A stretch of 64,000 nt of DNA, from assembly GCA_051294375.1 (NCBI GenBank), contig CM119266.1, forward strand, positions 13,939,614 to 14,003,613, given 5' to 3'. How positions within the stretch are numbered: position 1 is the first letter of the stretch; each line of letters starts with the position of its first letter. The DNA is from Paraspadella gotoi (lineage: Eukaryota > Animalia > Chaetognatha). Positions 54,766-64,000 of this stretch are shown here, one piece after another. Below the pieces are notes generated by a model that did not search any database, was not told the origin of the DNA, and saw nothing but the letters and a program-made list of their open reading frames with translations. The position numbers and the translations under genes were made by a program.

Positions 54766-55124
54766 CACACAGAGACACCTTAATATTTGCGGATTTCGGA
54801 GTCGGACCGAGTCGGTCAAGAGATCAAGGGGCTTCAATGAACCAAGGCTCAATTTGGTCTAAAACACGGATTGGGAAATGTGGAATATGAGGGAAAAATA
54901 TTATGAGTGTGCGAAAGTAAAGAGTAACGAAGAGTGTGGCCGCAACTCTGTTAGTGTGTGTTGGATAAGGTGAGAAACATTCTAGAAATAAAAACGACGT
55001 GTACCCCCGCACCCCCCAAAAGAAAAAATGGAAGAACCAGTTGTCAATGGAACCTTAGGACAATTAACTAGATGTCCCGGAGTGGTTTGTAAAGATGTTT
55101 CGAGTAAAGAACAACTTCTTATAG

Positions 55125-56874
55125 CTCCATAGCCTCCCAAGCCTCCCTCCCCGAGACTCTTTTATTATTTCATTCTTCCGACTCGGAAATGCACGAAACC
55201 GGAACGAATATTCGACCTTGAACGATGAGGAAGAGGCGGGCAAAGGGAAAGGACGGACGGGGGAGGAAACGAGCGGACTGAGGCCATGAGGGAGGGAATT
55301 ACGGTACGGGCAGAAGGAGGAAGGGAGGAGAAAGGAAGTTGGCGTGATGGAGAAGGAATGAAGAGGAGGAAAGGGTAGGGGAGAGAGAGAGAGTGAGAGA
55401 GTGAGGGAGGGAGGTAGAAGCGTGGCGGTCCAAGGAGTGAAGAGAGGTAGGGAGCAAAAAGACAAGAAGAGGAAGAGAGGAAGATAGGGAGAGAGGTAAA
55501 TAGGAAGCCAGAAAACAATAGAGAGATATGAGTGAGGAAGAAGGAGGAGATAGGAAGATAACTAAGCGGCCAGTATCTGGAGGAGGTCAGAGAAAAAGAC
55601 CGCAGAGAAGAAAACCCTCAGTGGGCTCAGGATAATTCGAAGCGAATGTACGTACAGCTAAAGGAAAAAATCGCCTGGCATAAAAGAAAAAAGAAAGAAA
55701 GGGAAAGAAGAAGAATCGCAAGAAAAGATGAAAAATGAGAAGAAGGGGGAAAAAAGTGACAATCGGGAATGGCAGTTTGGGTAAGTGCCTCGGGACCGAA
55801 AGGTAAGGGAGAGCGATCGATAATATCGGTTGTCCTCCTTCGAGAAACTGGACCCGTCCGAGGCGACGGTGGATGCGGCGAGGCGCATGATAGGAACGCC
55901 CTCTGGCGTCGGAAGAAGGCGACGATGATAGGGAAAGATGTTCGTGCCTTTCGATGAGGAAAAAAAAAAAGAGAAATATCGAAATTAAAAATCTCAGGTT
56001 TTTTTGGTGTGTGTTGTTTTTTTAAAGTCAAATTTGGTTCTGATTTTTCGCCGCCGGCGTCGATGACGCATCGAAGCGATTTTGTCTCGTTATTCCCCGT
56101 TGGCGTCGCTGTCGGTCACGGAACAGAGAGCGCAACTGCGTTGGGGTGACTCAGTAAGTTATAAGTTGGTCTTTTAGGAAATGATTCATCCAAAAATCAT
56201 CAGCACGAGCCATAAGAATGACTTGCACAGGTTACGATCTTTGAAATTCTGAATTAGATTTTCAATTTAGGTATTCAATATTTTAATATATAGTTAAACA
56301 CGGAACATGCCATCGCAAGCTGCGTTTTGTCATAAATTTATTGCCATAAACGTTGACAATTTAACTCTCTTCTCAAATTTTATCAGCGAAGCGACAAGTC
56401 TCGATATGAAAAACGAATTAATTCCACAAGTTACGTTCGTACTCGTCAAAAAATGTAATCAAGCGCGCACTAAAATACTACGTGGAGAAATATATAATAT
56501 ATGCGGAGACAGGACTGAATACTGAAAAGTTATATCTTTACGGATCGGAATATTTCGCCGTTGGCTACTTTTTTATTTTGCTTTTTCTTTCTTTCTTTCT
56601 CTTTTTCGTTTTTTATTCTCCATATATAATTTTCTGTTTTTCTTTCTCTTGCCCTTTTCCTTTGATTCCTTTTTTTCCTCCCTATTTTTCCCGCTTTCTT
56701 CTCTTTCTTCATTTCTTATGGAATCAGAGGTCAATTGGTTCCCCGAGGGGTCGTCCATGACCTCAACAACTTTCGATGTCGTCGCATCAATAATGGATTT
56801 TATCCGGAAAGGAGTACGACAAAGAGAGAGAGAGGAGAAGAGAGAGAGATGAGAGAGAGAGAGAGGGAGAGGGA

Positions 56875-56921
<47 letters not shown>

Positions 56922-57365
56922 CGAGAGAGAGAGAGAGAAAGAAGGAGGAGAGAGAGAGAGCCATATCATTCAAGATAAAAAGTCGGTGCGCCGCAAGATA
57001 TTCCGCTCTTTTTTTATTAATAAGTTGGCTTTGTGTAAAAAATATTACATCCTACTCCTATGCTCTTTCCTTCCACACCCTCTCCCTCTCTAAAAACCCA
57101 TTTCCCCGATCACGAGTCGCTCCAGCAATCTCTTATCTCAAGGATGTGGAGCACTGGAGCAAGAGTTTTTCTTGTTCGGCGTCGAAACTCCGCCGGGTAG
57201 AAATCATGAGAGAAGCGCCTCTCGAGATTAATGCCGAGCCGTCTATCTCCTGTTCATTTTTCCCTCCGCTTTCCCTCCTCCTCCTCCTCCTCCTCCTCCT
57301 CCTGGTCTTCAAAGGTCAACACATCAAATTCTAAGGTCAAAGTGAAGGAAAATCGCCGCGGATCC
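55125..57365 (-). repeat. Inverted duplicate of about 41780-44075
   Basis: For example GACCCCTCGGGGAACCAATTGACCTCTGATTCC (about 42393) matches GGAATCAGAGGTCAATTGGTTCCCCGAGGGGTC (about 56720); colinear over about 2.3 kb. Confidence 0.88.
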
Positions 57366-59819
57366 GAGTTTTTTTCCCTCTTCTTTCTCTTTTTCCTTTC
57401 ATTCCCTCTTCCTCCTCCCTTCCTTTCCCCTTTTCTTTCCTTCATTCATCTCTGTCGTCTCATTTATTCCATTCTTTCTACTCTTAAAATACAGCCTCTT
57501 TCGACTCTTTCTCTTTACTTCTTATCGCCTTTACCCAGTGCCTCGTTCTCCCTACTCTCTTCCTCTCAACACATCTCTTATCCCATAGCATCCTTTCATA
57601 TTTCCGGCTTATCGACTCATTTCGTTTCCGTCTCTCTCTCGTTTACTCCTCTCTCTATCTCTCTCATCATCTCTCTCTCCTCTCTCTCTCTCTCTCTCAT
57701 CCTCTCTTCTTCTCTCTCTCTCTCTCTCATCTGCTTCTCTCCTTCTCCTCTCTCTGAGCTCGTCTCTCTTTCTCCGCCGCGTCCCGATTCGATCCTCTTC
57801 CTTCCATGTGTTTTGCATTCTGCTCCCATCTACGGGGGACAAACTCTCACTCTTTTTTGAGGGCCTCCTGAATGTTTTCTCACCCTGAGATTAATTACTC
57901 CCTACTTTCTTGAATCCCCAACTTAGATATAGGCTCTAAATTTTAGCAGATCTCTCTCGTCTCTCTCTCTCTCTATCTCTCTAGCTCTCTCTCATCTCTC
58001 CTTCTCCTCATCTCTCTCTCAGTCTCTTCTCTCGTCTTCTTCTCCAAACTTCTCACCTTCCAAGACGGCTTTCCATAATTAGCCCGTTTTCCGCGACTCT
58101 TCACTTTCTCCAGAGTCTAAAGCTCCGGCGTCTTATCTTTTTCTCGAACTTCTTTGGCGGGAAGTCACCTTCTCTATCCCAACACATCATCCCACCCACG
58201 CCACCCACCCTTCACTCACCCTCCAACCCAACCGTCCGAGAAAATGGACCGAAACCCGATTCACCCCGACATGTCTTGGGGTGAAGTCTGGAAACCCCGG
58301 GTTTTTCACCCGGTGCCGCTGGCATCTCCCGCGACTCGCTGCCTCTGATAAGGCCACTCTCTCTCTCTCCTCTCTCTAATCGGTCCTCGACTTCGTCTCC
58401 TCATCTGTCTCTCTCTCATCATCTCTCATCTCTCAATCATCTTTCTCTCTCTTTCTCTCCTACCANNNNNNNNNNNNNNNNNNNNNNNNNTCTCAGGATG
58501 TGGAGCACTGGAGCAAGAGTTTTTCTTGTTTCGGCGTCGAAACTCCGCCCGGGTAGAAATCATGAGAGAAGCGCCTCTCGAGATTAATGCCGAGCCGTCT
58601 ATCTCCTCGTTCATTTTTCCCTCCGCTTTCCTCCTCCTCCTCCTCCTCCTCCTCCTCCTGGTCTTCAAAGGTCAACACATCAAATCTAAGGTCAAAGTGA
58701 AGGAAAATCGCCGGCGGATCCGAGTTTTTTCCCTCTTCTTTTTCCTTTTTCTTTCATCCCCTCTTCCTCCTCCCTCCCATTTTCCCTTCTTCTTTCCTTC
58801 ATTTCTCTGTCGTCTCATTTATTCCATTCTTTCGACTCTTAAAATACAGCCTCTCTCCTCTTTCTTCTCTACTTCTTTCGCCTTTACTCCGTCTCGTTCT
58901 CCCTACTTCTTCCCTTCAACACATCTCTTAATCCCATAGCATTCCTTTCATATTTCCGGCTTATCGACTCATTTCGTTTCCGTTCTCTCTCTTATCTCTC
59001 TCTCTTATCCTCTCTCATAATCTCTCTCTCTCTCTCTCTCTCTCTGCCGTCTCTCTCTTCTTCTCATCTCCTCTCTCTCCACTCGCTCTCCTCCTCTTCT
59101 CTCCTCGTACTCGTCTCTTTTCTCCCCCGCGTCGAATCCATCTCTGCCGCCCCCTCCCAGTATGTTTTTCATTCTGCAATCTTCTCTATCACGGGGGAGA
59201 AAATCTCACTCTTTTTTGAGGGCCTCTTCAAATTTTCTCACCCTGAGATTAATTACTCCCTACTTTCTTGAATCACCCAACGTTAGATATTAGGCTTAAT
59301 TTAGCAGATCTCTCTCTCTCTCTCTCTCCCTCTCTCTACTCTCTCTCTCTTCATCCTCTCTCTCTCTCCTCTCCTTCTCTTCTCTCGTCTTCTCTCTCCA
59401 AACTTCTCACCTTCCAGACGGGCTTTCCAATAATTAGCCGTTTTCGCGACCTCTCACTTTCTCCAGAGTCTAAAGCTCCGGCGTCTTATCTTTTCTCGAA
59501 ACTTCTTTGGGGGAACGTCACCTTCTCTATCCCAAACACTCATACACCACCCACGCTACCACCACCTTCACTCACCCTCCAACCCAACCGTCCGGAAAAG
59601 GACCGAAACCCCGATTCACCCGACATGGTCTTGGGGTGAAGTCTGGAAACCACGGGTTTTTCACCCGGTGCCGCTGGCATCTCCCGCGACTGCTGCCTCT
59701 GATAAGGCCACTCTCTCTCTCTCCTCTCTCTAATCGGTCCTCGACTTCGTCTCCTCATCTGTCTCTCTCTCATCATCTCTCATCTCTCAATCATCTTTCT
59801 CTCTCTTTCTCTCCTACCA
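57137..59819 (+). repeat. Tandem duplicate of about 1.33 kb (57137-58465 and 58491-59819), each copy ending at a 25-N gap
   Basis: Both copies start CTCA(A)GGATGTGGAGCACTGGAGC and end CTCTCTTTCTCTCCTACCA immediately before the Ns. Confidence 0.92.
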
Positions 59820-61029
59820 NNNNNNNNNNNNNNNNNNNNNNNNNGCGCGACACATGCGGATGAAGTAAGCCCTCATTTCGTCCGTTGTTTAATCCCAATA
59901 AAACGTTTACATATGATTATGATTCAATTATCATTCAATCATCATCTGTTATTTTTGTATTAAACCTTTTCTTTCTCATACAGATCACGTGATATGAATA
60001 TTGATTAGCCAGTGTCCGGGGTTCTTAATAGTTTATTTGTTTACCATTTATGGTCTCCCTTCTCCCGTCCATCATCATGAGCTTAATCCAAGATTTTATG
60101 ATGCCTTTGGCCGTCCTTACCTTTTTGCTGCCAGAGTTGAGCATGTTTTCACAAGAACTTTTATTTGTTTATCTCCAATTAACCACTGAACTTACCCAAA
60201 CTGTTGTCAAGCTGAATTGAGGTGTGCTCTCTACAATAAACTACCGCTCATCACTGGTGCATGTAGTTACAATTTGTTGATTAAATGTAAACTATATTGT
60301 CGGGAATGGGGCATCAGATGCAGAAGATTACCAATGAATATGAAGATAATATTTCGCATTGGAGTTTGACGCATTTTTTCTTATCTCTTTCACCCACACA
60401 CAACTTCTCTCATCTTCCTCTCTCTCTCTCTTCTCTCTCTTCTCTCTTCTCTCTCTCTCTCTCCTCCTCTCCCACCACCCAACAATGCCTCCCTCCCTCT
60501 CTCCTCTCTCCTTTAAAAATATGAGTATCCGTCGTAAATCATACGAAAACAAAAAGGAATAAAAAAGAGTGAACGATGCCGGAAAAAATTTTAAAGGGGT
60601 TTGCTTGTATTTCGGGTGGAAAAGCGGAGGAATTAAATTGGGCTGGACACGCGGACCATTTTGTTTTTTTTTTCTTTTTTCTGCCCATAATGATGATGGG
60701 GAACCGGGGAAGGAGTTGAAGAAGATAAGGATGAGTTGAGCCGTTGAGCTCCTCCAGATTATTGTCGGAAAAGTCTCGACGTTTCCATACTCCTCCTAAC
60801 CGTCGAGAGAGCTCAGATTCATCTGTCATGTTCTTGGTGGTGTGCACTATTCAAAGAGCCTACCTGAGGTAAAGAGAACTGAGGAGAGAAGAGAGGGACG
60901 AGGTATAGACGAGAGACGAGGAGAGAGAAAGGAGAGAGAGAGAGAGAGAAAGAGAGAAGAGACGGACAGGACTGCAGACTAATTTGATGGATAGCCATGA
61001 TGGCACGGGACAGAGACAGAGAGGGAAGG

Positions 61030-61075
61030 AAGAAAAAAAAAAATAAAAAAAAAAAAAAAAAAGGAGCGGAATAAA

Positions 61076-61108
<33 letters not shown>

Positions 61109-61116
61109 AAAAAAAA

Positions 61117-61148
<32 letters not shown>

Positions 61149-61265
61149 AAATAAAAAAAAAAAAAAAAAAAAAAAAGCGAAAAAAAAAAGAAAAAAAAAA
61201 AATGAAAAAAAAAAAAAAATAAAAAATAAAAAAAAAAAATGAAAATAAAAAAAAAAAAAAAAAAA

Positions 61266-61302
<37 letters not shown>

Positions 61303-61365
61303 AAAAAAAAAAAGAAAAAAAATAAAAGGGAAGAATGAAAAAAAAAAACAAAAAAAAAAAAAAAA
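61030..61365. repeat. Near-homopolymeric A tract (likely low-quality read segment)
   Basis: About 335 nt almost entirely A, flanked by GA repeats. Confidence 0.9.
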
Positions 61366-61498
61366 GAAGAGGAGGAGAGTGATAGAGAGGAGAGGAGAAT
61401 GAGAGAGGAAGGGAAAGTGAGAGGAGAGGTGATGGAGGAAGGAGGAGAGACGGAGGGGAGAGAGGACCGAAGAGAGAGAGGGATTAGGATTAGATTAG

Positions 61499-61545
<47 letters not shown>

Positions 61546-61697
61546 AGGAGGAGAGACAGAGAGACAGAGAAATAGGGAGAGAAAAAAATAGAGCAGAGAG
61601 AGAGGATAGAAGAGAGAAGTTAGAGAGGTCATGGATTGATGAATTAGAAAGCAGACAGAGTAACGGCAAACGTTGAGAAGAGAGAGAGAGAAGAGAG

Positions 61698-61752
<55 letters not shown>

Positions 61753-62950
61753 AGAGAGATAGAGACTCTCTCCCGGTGATTTATATGGTTGAATGCTTTT
61801 CCATTAATTTTAAAATTACTCCCAGGCAGGAAAAATAAAACCAAATACGTATCCCTCCTGAAAAATGTCTAACTCGCCAAGACCCCCCCGCCCCGTTTTC
61901 GGGTGCATCCTTACTTTTTTTAGCCCGATCGCTTTCGGTTCGAGTGCAACATCGCTCCTTCCTTAAAAATTTTACATTGTTATATCATAAAAATGTCTCT
62001 TTAGACATAATTCATGGTAGAATAATTTTAAACAATATTTTTTTTAACAAATAACAAGTGAAATTTTTACTATTAAAAAATTGTAAGATTGTAAGATTTA
62101 AAAATCGTTCGAGTGGAAATGAGTTAAATAAAAAAAAAAACAAAAACCTTTTTCCCTATTGCTTTTTTTTTTATTAAATATAAATACAAGCTGCATTAAT
62201 TATTCAATTAACAATTATTAATCAACAATCAATTAACTAAACAACTAATCAATAAAAATCACTTAAAAAATTAATGAATCAATTTTTTTTATCAATCAAT
62301 CAATTAAATATAAATAATTTTTTCATCAAATTAATTAATAAATTATTATCATAAATTATTAAAAGACCATTAAAATTAATCAATCAATAAACATGTCAGT
62401 GTTATATGTCATCTCCACGTCGTTGTTGCTTTTACCTGACAAAAGACCTAAAATTAACAGCCTGATATGAATTTATTTTATCTGATCAATCAATCATTCA
62501 ATTATCATGATGGGCTATCTCGTGTCATCATAATCATCATAGCGGTATCATTTTTGTCATAATGAAAGAACAAAAAAAACAAGTTTTGAGCTAACAATGC
62601 AGAATAATCAGTTAATTAATTATTCAATCAATGAATAAAATATTCAAATAAATCAATTCAAAAAATTAAGCAATCAATCAATTTGTCCATCGTCGGTATT
62701 ATCTATTGTCGTGGTTGCCATCATTAATTATTTAATTAATTAAACTCCTTTATCTTGTTGTACGTTGCAAAAATATATCTTTATTATTTATTTATCCCTG
62801 GTTGTTTTGTTTCCTCTCTCTCTCTCTCTCTTTAACAAGTTCACTTCTTTTCAAACTCACTCAATCTGCCCTTACCTTCACTGTCCTCATATCTGACCAC
62901 TATCTGTCTCGCCACTTTGTTGGAAAAACTTTTTACCCTCTCCTCCTCTT

Positions 62951-62987
<37 letters not shown>

Positions 62988-64000
62988 ACACTCTCTTTTA
63001 CACAATTTTATTATTGAATGTCATATGCTGATGACAGTTGAAGTAACAAGCCGAAACAATGTCAACTATAATTAAAAATCGTTGTTAGCAAATTCAAAAT
63101 CTTTTGCTTTCTCCGTAAATTAGATTAATTGAATATTTTTATAATGTTGCGGTGACTCAACAATAAAATTTATAGAAAAATTTGATGCGTGTATTTTGTG
63201 ATAAAGAAAACTGGTATTATCAAAACAGTAAATAAAGTAAATTGATAAAAAATATAACAACAACAACAGTATTACATTGGCTGGAAAAAGGTCAGCCATA
63301 ACAAGATTGGGTAAAACAGGTCAATTCTTATTGAACACTACGTCGACGGATCCCACAAAGTACAAGACTGTCGTCATCGTTGTTCGTCATTGTATTCATG
63401 CGTCGTTGTGCATCTTTGTTCAACATCCATTTGAGCTCCCAAATGTTCGATGTTATTATTTAATTATTAATATGTAATTTATTAAATCATTTTTTTTAAA
63501 ATTAAATAATCATTAATACCGCTAATGATCGTGGCAGATCCGGCATTGTTTGCTCAAAACTTGGTTTTATAAGTAATTGTTTGAGTTTACTTTATTTTAT
63601 ATATTTTTTTTTTTGCTTTTTTGTTTCCATTGCAAGAGGGTAAGAGAAGAAAGAAATAGAGAGAGAGAGAGTGTGTTAGAGGATTTAAGTATGTATAAGC
63701 TAATAAGTTAATGCAATTATTTGCCGAATAAAACAGATCAATCCTTTTGGTTAACTTGTTTATATACATGAAAAATGTTATGGATTTAAAAAAAAAAAAA
63801 CTTAAAATTTAAGAAAAATACATAAAAGTATAAGAATTAAAATTGTTGAGTTTTATAGAATTAAAAAAGTTAATTTAATTTTAATTTACTTAATGTACAG
63901 TTTTTTTCAATAGAAAAAATTTTTTTCAAGCTCAGATTTTATTTGAAATATAATTAAAAAGAATAAATGAAAAATAAATATGTAATTTTTTCATAGATTC

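Noticed and set aside
55850-57320. Coding-looking patches (SEATVDAARRMIGTP; WFPEGSSMTSTTFDVVASIMDFIRKG; YLKDVEHWSKSFSCSASKLRRVEIMRE)
   Set aside because: Frames differ between duplicate copies and I could not build a consistent spliced model.
58245-58356. Hairpins (TTCACCCC..GGGGTGAA, CCGGG..CCCGG) with GAAAC and CTGATAA, considered as a type-II hammerhead
   Set aside because: Core is CTGATAA rather than CTGANGA and stem I cannot form.
60690-60865. Minus-strand peptide RRDFSDNNLEEL resembling a leucine-rich repeat
   Set aside because: Single imperfect motif in low-quality sequence, with no second repeat.

Overview
Eukaryotic (probably invertebrate animal) genomic DNA from a draft assembly: AT-rich, CpG not visibly depleted, and saturated with (GA/TC)n, (GAC)n, (GGC)n, (ATT)n and (GAAA)n repeats, which explain most ORFs in the track. 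Well supported: (1) a six-exon SLC22-family (MFS) transporter gene on + (22425-25385, about 608 aa, all splice phases consistent); (2) a convergent five-exon model on - (29312-26690, about 406 aa) for an unrecognised Arg/Asp/Glu-rich protein with one C-terminal membrane anchor; (3) an intact tRNA-Phe(GAA) at 32385-32457 and an error-laden inverted copy at 45343-45414. Much of the second half is noisy sequence and direct or inverted duplicates next to five gaps of exactly 25 N, which looks like long-read gap-filling artefact. I found no convincing new multi-gene system. The best leads are a hairpin-rich insertion of about 255 bp lying about 55 bp downstream of one tRNA-Phe copy only, two degenerate hammerhead-ribozyme-like motifs, the orphan tail-anchored gene, and the unusual loop architecture of the SLC22 protein. 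All alignments and folds were done by eye.
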